The notes beneath the pieces are model-generated. The model had not been told where the DNA came from, ran no database searches, and saw nothing but the letters and a program-made list of their open reading frames with translations. A DNA stretch of 64,000 nt from Polyangiaceae bacterium. GTDB lineage: Bacteria; Myxococcota_A; Polyangia; Polyangiales; Polyangiaceae. Made by a program: the position numbers and the translations under genes. The DNA is taken from positions 1 through 64,000 of the forward strand of contig JAPSGB010000014.1 in NCBI GenBank assembly GCA_035063585.1, in the 5' to 3' direction. This document shows, piece after piece, positions 27,563 to 37,623 of the stretch. The first letter of the stretch is position 1. Each line of letters starts with the position of its first letter.

Positions 27563-29155
27563 TCAGCGCACGACCACGATGCTGGGCGCGGAGGTGACCT
27601 CGATGGTTACGGCCCCCGCGGTGGGGACAGCATCCTCGGTGGCCTTGCTCCTCGAGTAGTCCCACCGATATACGGTCGCGTCGCCGCTCGCCGGTAGGGA
27701 TACCGTTCCCGTTGCGTCCTCGCCCGGCGCACCGGTCGCCCAGGAGACGTAAGCTCGCTGAGCGTCCTTGGTTCGGAAGGCCACGCTCTCGGTGTCGTGC
27801 GCGGAGGCCGCCAGCGCGGCCGTCGCGTCAGGATCGGACGCCGCGCCGTCCAAGACTTCGGCGAGGGTGCGGTAGGCGACGCCCGTCTCGGTGATGGTCG
27901 CCGCGCTCGGTTCGGTGACCGACGAGAGGTCCCCGTAGAGTCCCATGTAGTCGAAGGCCGAGGTAGAGGCCCCCGGAGCGGCCGAGTCGCCGAGGATGAA
28001 CCAGTCGATGCGCCGGATCCCGGCGCCCTGTGCCAGCGTCATCGCCTTCAGGAGATAGTTGGCGGCGAACGCGGTCCCTCCGGGCTTGCCATCGACTGCG
28101 AACCGGGGCGCGCCCGACTCGGTGATGATGAACGGCTTGGAGACGCCCGCCCGGGTGAGCTCGGTGGCGAGCTCGTCGCGGAGCTGGACGAGCCCGCGCG
28201 CCCCGCCGCTCGAGTCGACCGCCGAGAAGACCGGATAGTAGTGATAGCTCACGAGGTCGAAATACGCGGCGCCGGTCTTCGGGTGCTCGGCGTCCACCTT
28301 TCCGCTGGTCGGTTCGTCCGTGTACCGGAGGAGCGCACCGAGGAAGCTCGGATAGCCGATCCCGCCGAGCGTCACTTTGCCCTCCGGGTCGAGCTTCTTC
28401 ACGACCTCGTGAGTGATGCGCAGTAGGCGGATGTACGCGAAGATGGAGTCGTTCCACCACACGAGGTCGCTCGCCGCCGGCGGGGTCTCGCCCCAGGTCT
28501 GCGTCGCCTGCCAGTTGCCGCCCACCTGATCCGGCTCGTTCCACACCTCCCAGGTGTGGATGTACGGCCGGTACGTCTTGACCGCGCGCGCGACGAAGGC
28601 CGCCCAGTAGTTGTCCGGGTTGACCTCTCCCTGACTATCGAAGATCGGCTGGTAGAGGTTCTTCGGCGAGTAGTGCTCGCGCTCCCAGTCGGCTGCGCCG
28701 GGGGGCGCGTTCGAGTGCGCTGCGGACATCCCGATCAAGAAGCAGACCAGATCGCGCTCGCCCGCCGCGAGCATCTGCGAGAGCTCGGAGACGTGGATGT
28801 CGTCTCCCCACTCATCGAGGAACGGCTCGGTGAGCTTGTGCCGGTGCGAGCGCGCGCCCGCCGCTCGCCCGAGCTCCGACGCTTCCAAGTCGGAGAGCCC
28901 GGGACCATAGTAGCCAAGGTTCAAACCGAAGGTGAAGCGTGTCCCGGCGCCGTCGTCACCCGACGCGCCGCCGTCGCCCCCGCTCCCATTGCCCCCCGCG
29001 CCGCCGCTGCCGGGGCTCGCGCCGGTTCCAGCCGTGCCGCCCGCGGCTCCTCCTGCGCCGCTCGGCCCGCCACCACCGGAGCTGCTGCAGCTTGCCGTAA
29101 AGAGCATCGTGACGAGCGCGGCGCGCCGCCACGAACGGGTGTGAGTCCGTCGCAT
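27563..29155 (-). CDS. Clan GH-A glycoside hydrolase lipoprotein with a Gly-rich linker
   Basis: FTASC lipobox, WEVWNEPD (acid/base), SYHYYP, IITESG (nucleophile). Confidence 0.72.
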   Translation of the reverse strand: MRRTHTRSWRRAALVTMLFTASCSSSGGGGPSGAGGAAGGTAGTGASPGSGGAGGNGSGGDGGASGDDGAGTRFTFGLNLGYYGPGLSDLEASELGRAAGARSHRHKLTEPFLDEWGDDIHVSELSQMLAAGERDLVCFLIGMSAAHSNAPPGAADWEREHYSPKNLYQPIFDSQGEVNPDNYWAAFVARAVKTYRPYIHTWEVWNEPDQVGGNWQATQTWGETPPAASDLVWWNDSIFAYIRLLRITHEVVKKLDPEGKVTLGGIGYPSFLGALLRYTDEPTSGKVDAEHPKTGAAYFDLVSYHYYPVFSAVDSSGGARGLVQLRDELATELTRAGVSKPFIITESGAPRFAVDGKPGGTAFAANYLLKAMTLAQGAGIRRIDWFILGDSAAPGASTSAFDYMGLYGDLSSVTEPSAATITETGVAYRTLAEVLDGAASDPDATAALAASAHDTESVAFRTKDAQRAYVSWATGAPGEDATGTVSLPASGDATVYRWDYSRSKATEDAVPTAGAVTIEVTSAPSIVVVR

Positions 29156-29293
29156 CGCTCCCCAGATCATGACCCGCATGATACCCGAAGTGGCCGGCCG
29201 CCACGAGCATCGACGCGGGGCGCGCCCGGGAGCCTCGCTCGCGCGAGCCCGCCGACGCGGGCACTCGCGCATTCGTCGCTTGCGCGTGGTCGC

Positions 29294-30043
29294 TCAGGTC
29301 GCCGGGGAGCCGTTCGTTTCCGGGCTCTCCAGGCTAGCGCTCGCGGCGGGGGCGCTCTCCGATGCCGCCGCGGGGTCGCGTGACTCCCGGCTCGATTTCG
29401 ACAGGCCGAGCTTGCGGGTGGCGTCCTTGCGGCCGCTCACGAGGTGCCAGATGAGGACCGCGAACATCCCGACCACGAAGACGCCGACGTAGTAGGAGCC
29501 GAGCTGCGGATAACTCGAGGTGGTGAAGTTCGCTACTTGTTTGGTGCCGAAGAGCACCGGGGTGAACGGCTTTATCTTGAAGGGTGCGTCCGGGTCGAGC
29601 TCGTGCCCGTAGCGGTACATCATGATGTAGAACCGCGCGAAGCCGAAGAGCGAGACGTAGGTCGCGATCACGGCTTGATCGATCAGCATCCGCACGTTAC
29701 CGATGGCGGCCGTCCGCAGGCTCAAGATGACGAGCAGACCGATCGCGAAGGGCAGCCAGCTGAGATCGATGAACATCTCGGGCTCGATCTTGGCCATCCC
29801 GATGTAGTGGTTCAGCGTGTTGATTTCCTTGATGTCCTTGCCGTCGTGGCCGCCCTCGAGTTTGTAGCTGTACACGTCGAGATCGAGCCCCTTCGGGTAC
29901 TGCGCGGCCTCGAGGTGGATGTTCCAGAGCGGCGCCGAGAAGCTGAGCAAGAGCGGGATCACGAGGAGCGCCAGGACGACGCGAGCCGGCTTCCTGATGG
30001 GGCGGTCCAGGAACTCGTAAAACTGATCAGCGAGGAGCTTCAT
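29294..30043 (-). CDS. nosB: NosB-like membrane protein of clade II nos clusters
   Basis: PLWNIHLEAAQYPKGL, EINTLNHYIGM, YGHELDP, PVLFGTKQVANF. Confidence 0.8.
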   Translation of the reverse strand: MKLLADQFYEFLDRPIRKPARVVLALLVIPLLLSFSAPLWNIHLEAAQYPKGLDLDVYSYKLEGGHDGKDIKEINTLNHYIGMAKIEPEMFIDLSWLPFAIGLLVILSLRTAAIGNVRMLIDQAVIATYVSLFGFARFYIMMYRYGHELDPDAPFKIKPFTPVLFGTKQVANFTTSSYPQLGSYYVGVFVVGMFAVLIWHLVSGRKDATRKLGLSKSSRESRDPAAASESAPAASASLESPETNGSPAT

Positions 30044-30071
30044 CGGGTTTCTCCTTCAGCGTAGGATGACG

Positions 30072-30908
30072 TCAGATGACGTCCCCTCTTCGGAACCATC
30101 GGGCGGCGAACGCCCACGAGGCGCCGCCGACCACGAGCGGCCAGAGCACCCCGAGGGTGAAGAGCAGGGAATTCCCCAGGCGATTGGCGAGATAGAAGCC
30201 GACCGGCCCGAGCACGGAGAGCTCGCGATCGACGTTGGAGAGGAGCGCGAGCCGCGCGGCCTCGACCGGGTTGAGGGCCGCCAGCGCGAACACCAAGCGT
30301 GCCGGCAGACGCCACTCCAGCATCAGGCCGACCAACGCGAAATCGAGCAGCGCCACCGATGCGAGCCAGGCGAGGAGCACCACCATCACCGCCTTTGCCT
30401 GGTTCGCGACGGTGGTCGTGATGAGCAGCCCCAGGCCGACGAAGGCGGCGAGCAGCGCCGAGGAGATGACGACCGAGCGCAGCAGCATGCCCCAGGGGAC
30501 GGCCTGCCCGAAGGCGAACTGGCCGACCAAGGCGACCACGAAGATGACGGCCACCAGCGGGAGCGTCAGGAAGCCGAAGCGGACCATCGCGACCGCGCCG
30601 AAGTAGTCGAGCCTCGTGAGGGGCTGGCTCAAGACGAGCTCGAGCGCTCCGGTCGCGCGGGCCTGGTTGATCGCGAGCCCGGTCGCGCTGAGGCCGAGCA
30701 GGGGGAGGATCAGCACGAGCGTATGGCAGAAGCTGAGGAGCACGCGGGAGGTTCCGGTATAGCCGAGCACGGTGCTCTCCTTCAGGCCGACCGTGATGAA
30801 CACGAGCGCGAGCAAGAAGTAGACGCCGAGCACGAAGGCGAGCCAGCGTGAGCGGCCGACCTCGGCGAAATCCAAGCGGGCGACCGCGAGAAAACCTCGC
30901 CGGCTCAT
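30072..30908 (-). CDS. nosY: ABC transporter permease NosY
   Basis: Multi-TM, LELVLSQPLTR, LNPVEAARL; nos context. Confidence 0.82.
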   Translation of the reverse strand: MSRRGFLAVARLDFAEVGRSRWLAFVLGVYFLLALVFITVGLKESTVLGYTGTSRVLLSFCHTLVLILPLLGLSATGLAINQARATGALELVLSQPLTRLDYFGAVAMVRFGFLTLPLVAVIFVVALVGQFAFGQAVPWGMLLRSVVISSALLAAFVGLGLLITTTVANQAKAVMVVLLAWLASVALLDFALVGLMLEWRLPARLVFALAALNPVEAARLALLSNVDRELSVLGPVGFYLANRLGNSLLFTLGVLWPLVVGGASWAFAARWFRRGDVI

Positions 30909-31372
30909 GGGCTCCCCTGGGTCGAGTTCGTGCGTGCGAGCACGGCAGTCTGCGCGCCTTCGAGCGAGAGCGCGCCGGGAGCAGCGCGGTCCACCGCGGC
31001 AAACCCGTAGCCCATGGGCGTCGGAGAGTGCGCGACGAACCCCGCCTCGGCGCCTGAGAGCCAGCGACTCTCGGACAGGTGGTGGAAGTACATGGCAGAG
31101 ACCTCCGGGCGCTTCTCCGCGAGGTAGCGGAACAGGCACCCCGGATCGTCGAAATCGAGCACCTGCCCGTCTTGGGTCTGGAGCTGCGCCGCGAACGCGG
31201 GTTCCCCGACGTGCATCGCGCAGTGAGCGCAGGGCGTCTTGTCCCAGGCGACCGGGACCGGCCCGTTCGCCGGCGCGCCCGGCGCGAGCAGCCACAGCAT
31301 GGCACCCGCGACCGCCGCGACCGTCACGACCCCGGCGAGCGCGAACCACGCCTTTCTGCTTCGCTCACGCAT
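30905..31372 (-). CDS. nosL: Copper chaperone NosL
   Basis: CAHCAM, FDDPGC, TPMGYG. Confidence 0.82.
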   Translation of the reverse strand: MRERSRKAWFALAGVVTVAAVAGAMLWLLAPGAPANGPVPVAWDKTPCAHCAMHVGEPAFAAQLQTQDGQVLDFDDPGCLFRYLAEKRPEVSAMYFHHLSESRWLSGAEAGFVAHSPTPMGYGFAAVDRAAPGALSLEGAQTAVLARTNSTQGSP

Positions 31373-32243
31373 CCCTCGGACCCTCCGGAGTTGGCTCGAG
31401 TCGCTCGAGATCGCGGACCACGATGTTCTCGAGCTGTCCGTTCAGGTGCGCGGCGAGCTCCTTCACGACCCGCACCTTGTCTGCGCGCGCGACCCGCTTG
31501 CCCCACCAGCCGCTCGCATTCAGGGAGAAGCCGCGCTCGGAGAGCCAGCCACGAAGGTCGTCGGGCGCGACCAAGAGCTCGATGAGCGCCTCGCCGGCGC
31601 GCGCGAGGTACGGAGCGGCCGGGCCATCATAGGCGATCCGCCCTTCGCTCAGCAGAACCACATGGTCGACCAGATGGCGGATCTCCTCGATCCGGTGCGA
31701 GCAGAGGATCAAGGTCGAGCCTCTACAGCGCTCCGCGAAGAGGGCGAAGAAATCTTCTCGCGCCTGGGCGTCGAGGCTCGCGGTCGGCTCGTCGAACACG
31801 TAGCAGTCCGCGCGCACCGACAGCGCCAGGGCGAGCAAGAGCTTCTGCTTCATCCCGCCCGAGAGGTTCTTGAAGGGCTGCCGGAGGATCGCCTCGAGCT
31901 CGAGCCCGAGGCGCCGGGTGACCTCCGCCACGCTCGCGCTCTCGACGCCTCGCACCGAGCAGTGAAACTGGATGAGCTCGGACACCGGGGCCACCAACTG
32001 CGGCGCGAGCTGTGGCACGTACGCCATCCGCTCGGCGGTGCGCACGCTGCGCGGCGCACCGTCGAAGCGCACCGTCCCGTCGCAGCCGATGAGCCCGGAC
32101 AGCGCGCGGATCAGCGTGCTCTTGCCCGAGCCGTTCGGCCCGACCAGCGCCACCGCGCGCCCGCTCGGGATGGTGAAGGAGACGTCATCGAGCGCGCGCA
32201 CCGAGCCGAAGCGCTTCGTTACGTGCGTGAGCTCGAGCTTCAC
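31365..32243 (-). CDS. nosF: ABC transporter ATPase NosF
   Basis: GPNGSGKST, LSGGMKQK, FDEPT; lies between nosD and nosL. Confidence 0.85.
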   Translation of the reverse strand: MKLELTHVTKRFGSVRALDDVSFTIPSGRAVALVGPNGSGKSTLIRALSGLIGCDGTVRFDGAPRSVRTAERMAYVPQLAPQLVAPVSELIQFHCSVRGVESASVAEVTRRLGLELEAILRQPFKNLSGGMKQKLLLALALSVRADCYVFDEPTASLDAQAREDFFALFAERCRGSTLILCSHRIEEIRHLVDHVVLLSEGRIAYDGPAAPYLARAGEALIELLVAPDDLRGWLSERGFSLNASGWWGKRVARADKVRVVKELAAHLNGQLENIVVRDLERLEPTPEGPRDA

Positions 32244-33637
32244 TGCAGCTTCTCACTCGCGGTGGGCGGCAGGAGCGCGCGCATCCGAGGCTGCGGGTCG
32301 AAGAACAGCTTCGTCGGAGGGAAGAGCGGTACGACGCTCGAGATGGCGTCCGTCAGCCAGAGCGCTGGCGTCCCGCGAAGAAATGCAACCTCGGGGCTGC
32401 GACGCACCAGATCCCCGGAGAGCCGCCGGACCTCGTGCGGCACGTCCCCGAAGCCGTCTCCGTCGAGGTCATAGCCCGCGTAGTCGTCGAAGTAGTTGTT
32501 CTTCCAGGTCACCCCGAGCGCGTTGCCGTTGCCGTCGACCCGAACGTGCTCGAGGCTACCCTGGAAGGCGTTGTCCACGAACACGTTCTTGCGTCCGCTC
32601 GCGTGAAAATCCACCCCGATCTGGCCGAGCGCAAAGAGGTTCCTCGAGAAGGTGTTCTCGTCGGTGGGGTTGAGGGGACTCGTATCCATGAAGACGTGCA
32701 TCGTGTTGTGCACGAACGCGTTGTCGGCAACCCTCACGTTGCCGGATTCCTTGAACCCGACGCCGATGCCGGCTGCGCCCTCGGCGTGCAGGAACTGGTT
32801 ATTTTCGAGGGTGATGTCCCGGCTGTACATCAAGAATACGCCGACCACGTCGCGCTCGTAGCGGTTATATCGGACCACGTTGCGATGCGAGTACATGAAG
32901 TGGGTGCCGTAGCGCCCATCGGTCACCACGTTGTGCTCGAAGAGATTGCCGGAAGAGTACCAGACGACCACGTCGCGTCCGGCGAGCACGCGGTTATGCG
33001 AGACGACGGAGTCCTCCGTCTCCCACAGGCGGATCGCGTCGCCGCGAAGACCGATGGCGGGCTCGTTCGTGCCTCGCACGAGGTTGTTCAGGATCCGGAC
33101 CCGTCGCGACTGGTCGACCAGCACGCCGAACACCGCGTTCTTGATCTCGAGCCCCTCGACGCGGACATCACTCCCCTGGACGTGCACGGCGGCGTCGAGG
33201 AGATCATAGCGGCCGCCGCTGCCGTCCACCGTGAACCCGAGGAGCGCGACGCCCGAGCTCTTGACGTCGATGGTCGTACCGTCGCCAGAGGACTTCACGA
33301 CCGCGCTCGGCGGGCCCCAGAGCGTCAGCGGATGGCGGAGCACGAGCGGGCCCGCATGTTGCCCGGGTTCGAGGCACACGGTGCTCCCGGCCGGCGCGGC
33401 GTCGAGCGCGGCCTGCGCCGCGCGGCCCGCCTTCACCTCGCGCTCGCAGAGCGGACGCGCGAGCGCTACTCGCTGGACCTCCGGCTCACGGTTCGAGCTC
33501 AGGGCTCGCGGCGCGCTCCTGCAAGCGGCGAGGAGCGCGACCGCCGCCCACGCGAGCGCCAGGGTCGGGAGGGCATGGGTGAGGAGCGCGTGGCTCGCTC
33601 TCCTACCCCCGCCGTCCGGGCGCTCGCGAGCGGCCAT
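32240..33637 (-). CDS. nosD: N2O reductase maturation protein NosD
   Basis: RGDAIRLW, RYGTHFMYS, NYFDDYAGYDLDGDGFGDVP; beta-helix repeats. Confidence 0.9.
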   Translation of the reverse strand: MAARERPDGGGRRASHALLTHALPTLALAWAAVALLAACRSAPRALSSNREPEVQRVALARPLCEREVKAGRAAQAALDAAPAGSTVCLEPGQHAGPLVLRHPLTLWGPPSAVVKSSGDGTTIDVKSSGVALLGFTVDGSGGRYDLLDAAVHVQGSDVRVEGLEIKNAVFGVLVDQSRRVRILNNLVRGTNEPAIGLRGDAIRLWETEDSVVSHNRVLAGRDVVVWYSSGNLFEHNVVTDGRYGTHFMYSHRNVVRYNRYERDVVGVFLMYSRDITLENNQFLHAEGAAGIGVGFKESGNVRVADNAFVHNTMHVFMDTSPLNPTDENTFSRNLFALGQIGVDFHASGRKNVFVDNAFQGSLEHVRVDGNGNALGVTWKNNYFDDYAGYDLDGDGFGDVPHEVRRLSGDLVRRSPEVAFLRGTPALWLTDAISSVVPLFPPTKLFFDPQPRMRALLPPTASEKLQ

Positions 33638-33642
33638 CGTCG

Positions 33643-35670
33643 CTACTTCGCGGCGGGCGCGGCGGGCGCGTCCTTGCCGTCCGGCTTGGGGGCGTCGCCG
33701 GTCTTCGCCGCGTCTCCGCCCTCGCGCGGCTCGACCAGGAAGTAGCCCGCCATCTCGAGGTGCAGCGCCGAGCAGAACTCGGTGCAGTACATCGGGAAGG
33801 TGCCGGCGCGGTCCGCGACGAACTCCATGTTCGCCACCTTGCCGGGCTCCATGCTCACGTGGATCCCGTACTCGTCGATGGTAAAGCCATGGGTTGCGTC
33901 GTGCGCCGACTCGAGGTTGGTGAGGTGGATGAAGACGCGGTCGCCCTCCTTCACGCGGATGGTGTCGGGGACGAAGTGGCTTCGCACGGCCGACATCCAG
34001 ATGTGCACGCCGTCCTCTCGACGCTCGATGCGTGTCTCCTTCTCATCCTTGACCGCGTTCGGATCCGTCTTGCCGGTGAGCGGATTGGTGCCCGGAGGAT
34101 AGACGTCCTCCGGCTTGAGCTTGTCAGCCTTGATCATCTGGGCGTAGTGCGGCTCACCGAGCGGGATGGGGAGATCGTAGAGGAGCTCCATTTGCGGCCC
34201 GCTCACGTCGATGAGCTGGAAGTTCTGGGGCAGGAGCGGTCCCACCGGGTTGAAGCGGTCGAGCGCCCACTTGTTCATGGCGACCAAGTACGTCCCGTCC
34301 GGGCTCACGGTGTCGCCTTCGGCCGCGACCAGGTGACCGATGTTGTAGTGTGAGTCGATCTTGTCGGCGAGCTTCAGGTCCTTGACGCTCCAGCGGGCCA
34401 CCTTGGTCTCCAGGAAGAGCGAGGTGTAAGCGTTGCCCTTGTCGTCGAACTGCGTATGAAGCGGCCCGAGGCCGACCTCGAGCTGCCCGCGGATGGAGTC
34501 CTTGAAGCTCAGGATGGGTACCCCGAACTTGTCCTTGCCCTCGTACTTCTTGGCGTCGATGAGCCCCTTGATCTTGGCGAAGCTGTACACCGTGACGTGC
34601 GTGTCGAGCTTGCCCGAGATCACGATCTCCTTGCCGTCCGGGGTCACGTCCACGCCGTGCGGGCTCTTCGGCTCCGGTATGAAGTGGAGGAGGCCCTCTT
34701 CGATGGACGTCTCGAGCGGGATCACCCGCATCCCGGCGATGGTCTTCGATTTCGTTTTCGCGACCTCGGCGGCCTGCTTCCAGTTGATGACGTGGAGGTA
34801 GTCCATGTCGTTCTTGGAGGCGCCGGACTCGAGCGACGGACGGCCTTCCTTGTTGCCTCCGTAGGCCATCTCGGTGTTGAACGAGTTCAGGAACGCCCAG
34901 CCGTCGCTGTCGAGCTTGCCCGCGTCGGCGAGATCCTGCATGTACGGGGGCAGCTCGAGCGCGAAGGAGGCGTCCTTGTCGATGCGGCCCTTGGCGCGAT
35001 CGAACTTCCAGAAGATGACCGCGCCGCGGTAGGCGTCCGCGTACTGCTCGATGGGTGCATACCCGCCGCCGAGCGGCGCCGGGTACTGCGACCCCTCGAT
35101 CACGTAGTCGGTGTCCGGCGTGACGAAGGTGCCGCCGTGATCCGACTGGATCAGTCCGCTACGGATGATCTGCTTGGTCACGAAGTCCTTGAGATCGATG
35201 ACCGCGATGCGGGCGTTCGCCTTGTCGTTCACGAAGAGATATTGGCCGTCGTAGTCGCCCTTCGTCTCGGAGAGCGCCGGGTGATGGACATCGCCCCAGG
35301 TGATCGGCTTCCCCTCGGGGCTGCCCTCCTTCAGGAGGTTGCCCGACTCGTCCCCGTAGGCGTAGCCCTGCCAGGGCTCCGGAGCGAAGACCGCGATGTA
35401 CTTCAGGATCCGCATGCTCGGCACGCCGATCACGATCACCTGCCCGCCGTGGCCGCCCGAGGCGAATAGGTAGTACTGATCACGCCCACCGGTCGGTGTG
35501 TAGGTCTTCAGCGCCGCGCGGACGTTCTCGTCGTTGAGGCCGCGCGCCTTCATCAGATCGGCGAGCGAGCTCGCGCCGGCCATCGACGACTCCTGCTTGC
35601 AGGCACCGAGCCCTGGAATCAGCAGCGTGAGCCCGAGTAGCGCTGCGAGGGGGTAGGACTTGAACTTCAT
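33643..35670 (-). CDS. nosZ: Nitrous-oxide reductase, clade II (Sec-dependent, lipoprotein-type signal)
   Basis: SGGHGGQ, WGDVHHP, DHGG, PKSPHG, LGPLHT, HYNIGH, EPHY, YCTEFCSALHLEM. No twin-Arg; LGAC lipobox. Confidence 0.95.
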   Translation of the reverse strand: MKFKSYPLAALLGLTLLIPGLGACKQESSMAGASSLADLMKARGLNDENVRAALKTYTPTGGRDQYYLFASGGHGGQVIVIGVPSMRILKYIAVFAPEPWQGYAYGDESGNLLKEGSPEGKPITWGDVHHPALSETKGDYDGQYLFVNDKANARIAVIDLKDFVTKQIIRSGLIQSDHGGTFVTPDTDYVIEGSQYPAPLGGGYAPIEQYADAYRGAVIFWKFDRAKGRIDKDASFALELPPYMQDLADAGKLDSDGWAFLNSFNTEMAYGGNKEGRPSLESGASKNDMDYLHVINWKQAAEVAKTKSKTIAGMRVIPLETSIEEGLLHFIPEPKSPHGVDVTPDGKEIVISGKLDTHVTVYSFAKIKGLIDAKKYEGKDKFGVPILSFKDSIRGQLEVGLGPLHTQFDDKGNAYTSLFLETKVARWSVKDLKLADKIDSHYNIGHLVAAEGDTVSPDGTYLVAMNKWALDRFNPVGPLLPQNFQLIDVSGPQMELLYDLPIPLGEPHYAQMIKADKLKPEDVYPPGTNPLTGKTDPNAVKDEKETRIERREDGVHIWMSAVRSHFVPDTIRVKEGDRVFIHLTNLESAHDATHGFTIDEYGIHVSMEPGKVANMEFVADRAGTFPMYCTEFCSALHLEMAGYFLVEPREGGDAAKTGDAPKPDGKDAPAAPAAK

Positions 35671-35752
35671 GTTGGTCTCCTGAGCCTCATCGCCTGGCGG
35701 TGATTGCAAGGCGGACGCGCGCGTTTCGTAGGCCTTCCCGATGATGATGCAC

Positions 35753-35767
35753 ATGATTGACGTCAAT
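35753..35767 (-). promoter_or_regulatory. FNR/CRP-family-like box upstream of nosZ
   Basis: Minus strand TTGAC-GTCA-ATCAT (8/10 to TTGAT-N4-ATCAA), overlapping the perfect palindrome ATTGACGTCAAT (35756-35767). Confidence 0.55.
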
Positions 35768-36115
35768 ATCGCGACGCGATTCGATCGCGCGTACTCCCGA
35801 CCTCGAGAGCAGGAACGATTCGCGCAAACCTTGCGAGCGTGAGGCGCGTATTCAGGCCGATGACGCAAGCTTCGCGGACCTCGCGCGCTTCCGTCTCTCA
35901 TCGTGCTCGCGCCGGGGTAGCGCTCGTCCGGGCGGGGCGACCCGCGTCTCGCGACCGCGCGCCACGGGGGCGAGCGCGTCCGCGACTCGGAGAGGGGGTG
36001 TCGGGTCGGCGCGAGGCCCCCGCGGCGCGCCCGCGAGGCGCGCCGATGAGCTGAAATTTCCAGCGCCCGCACGCGCGGGTTCCGCGCGCGCAGGCGACGC
36101 GCTAGCGTCGAGCGT

Positions 36116-36571
36116 GTGAGTCAGCCTGCCGCCGAACCGGAGCCCGAGCACACACTCTTCGAGGGACGCCCCGCGGTGGTGGCGGGGCTCGGCGCGCTGG
36201 TCCTCTCGGTGGTCACGCTGGGCATCGCGCTGCTGGTCTTCTGGCTCAAGAGCCGCGGCAAGCACTACAAGCTCACCTCGCAGAGGGTGGTCGTGGAGCG
36301 CGGCATCTTGTCCAAAGAGATGGAGCAGATCGACATCTACCGGATCACCGACTATCGCGTGGAGCGCCCGCTGTCGCAGCGCCTGATGGGCACCGGCAAC
36401 CTCGTCCTCGAGGCGATCGACTCGACGACCCCGACCCTGCGCCTCGACGGTCTCAAGACCGATGTCGTGGCCCTCTACGAGAGGCTCCGCGTCGCCGTGG
36501 AGGAAGCCAAGGTGCGGCGCGGCGTGCGCGTGGTCGACTACGGCGAGCCCGGCATGCCCATCGTGAGCTAG
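36116..36571 (+). CDS. Membrane-anchored bacterial PH-domain protein
   Basis: One TM, then YKLTSQRVVVERGILS...QRLMGTGNL. Confidence 0.75.
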   Translation: MSQPAAEPEPEHTLFEGRPAVVAGLGALVLSVVTLGIALLVFWLKSRGKHYKLTSQRVVVERGILSKEMEQIDIYRITDYRVERPLSQRLMGTGNLVLEAIDSTTPTLRLDGLKTDVVALYERLRVAVEEAKVRRGVRVVDYGEPGMPIVS

Positions 36572-36576
36572 CCGGC

Positions 36577-37527
36577 ATGCGCGTCGGCGGCGTCTTCATC
36601 GAGCACCCGATCTTGCAGGCCGGCATGGCTGGCGGGCTGTCGGGCGCCCGGCTCGCGGCGGCGGTGTCGTCCGCTGGTGGCCTGGGTACGGTGGGGATGC
36701 TCGGCGCCGAGCCGCTCGAGCGGGAGCTCTCGGCCGCGAAGGCGCGCACGGAGCGGCCCGTCGCGGTGAACCTCCTCCTCCCGTTTCTCCGGCGAGCCCA
36801 TCTCCGCGCCGCGCGCGTCGCCGACATCATCGTGACCTTCTGGGGGCCGCCGCGCCGGCTCGGCCCGCAACCTTGGTTCCATCAGGCGGGCTCGGTCGCC
36901 GAGGCGCGCGCGGCGCTCGACGCCGGCGCGGACGCGGTGATCCTGCAAGGCAGCGAGGCCGGTGGCCACGTGCGCGGCGAGCGCTCGGCGCTCGAGCTCC
37001 TCGCGGCCGCGCGGCGAGCGCTTCCCGGGGGAGCGCGGCTCATCGTGGCGGGCGGTGTCGCGGGCGCGGATGACGTCCGTCGTGCGCTCGACGGCGGAGC
37101 CGACGCGGTGTCGCTCGGGACGCGCTTCCTCTTGAGCGAGGAGAGTGGCGCGCACCCGCTCTACAAGGCGCGTGTGCTCGCGAGTGAGCGCACGCTGGTG
37201 ACCACGCTGTTCGGCATGGGCTGGCCGGCCCCGCATCGCGTGGTGCCGAATCTGGCGACCTCCCGCTTCCACCCGCCTCCGCGCTGGCTCGGCGCGGTGC
37301 ATCGCGCGTCGGCGGCGCTCGCGCGACTCGTGCCGCTCGACGCGGCGGGCGCTGCCGCGCGCTGGCACTCCGCCGAGCGTCCGCTCTACTCGCCGAGCGC
37401 GCCGCTCGTGGGCGACCCGGATGCGTTGATAGACGCTGCGCCCCTCTACGCTGGCGAGAGCGCGCGCCGGATCGACGCGGTGCTCCCGGCCGCCGAGCTC
37501 GTGCGCGAGCTCCTGCGCGGGCGCTGA
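36577..37527 (+). CDS. Nitronate monooxygenase / FabK-like flavoprotein
   Basis: PILQAGMAGG, AGGLG, QGSEAGGH, VAGGV, LGTRF, YAGES. Confidence 0.82.
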   Translation: MRVGGVFIEHPILQAGMAGGLSGARLAAAVSSAGGLGTVGMLGAEPLERELSAAKARTERPVAVNLLLPFLRRAHLRAARVADIIVTFWGPPRRLGPQPWFHQAGSVAEARAALDAGADAVILQGSEAGGHVRGERSALELLAAARRALPGGARLIVAGGVAGADDVRRALDGGADAVSLGTRFLLSEESGAHPLYKARVLASERTLVTTLFGMGWPAPHRVVPNLATSRFHPPPRWLGAVHRASAALARLVPLDAAGAAARWHSAERPLYSPSAPLVGDPDALIDAAPLYAGESARRIDAVLPAAELVRELLRGR

Positions 37528-37623
37528 GCCAGAGCCCGCGGAGCTCGCGCGCGAGCGCTCGGAGCCGCGCCATGGTCGTGCGAGACCATCGCGGGCCGCG
37601 CGACCGGCTCCGCTGGCCTCGGC

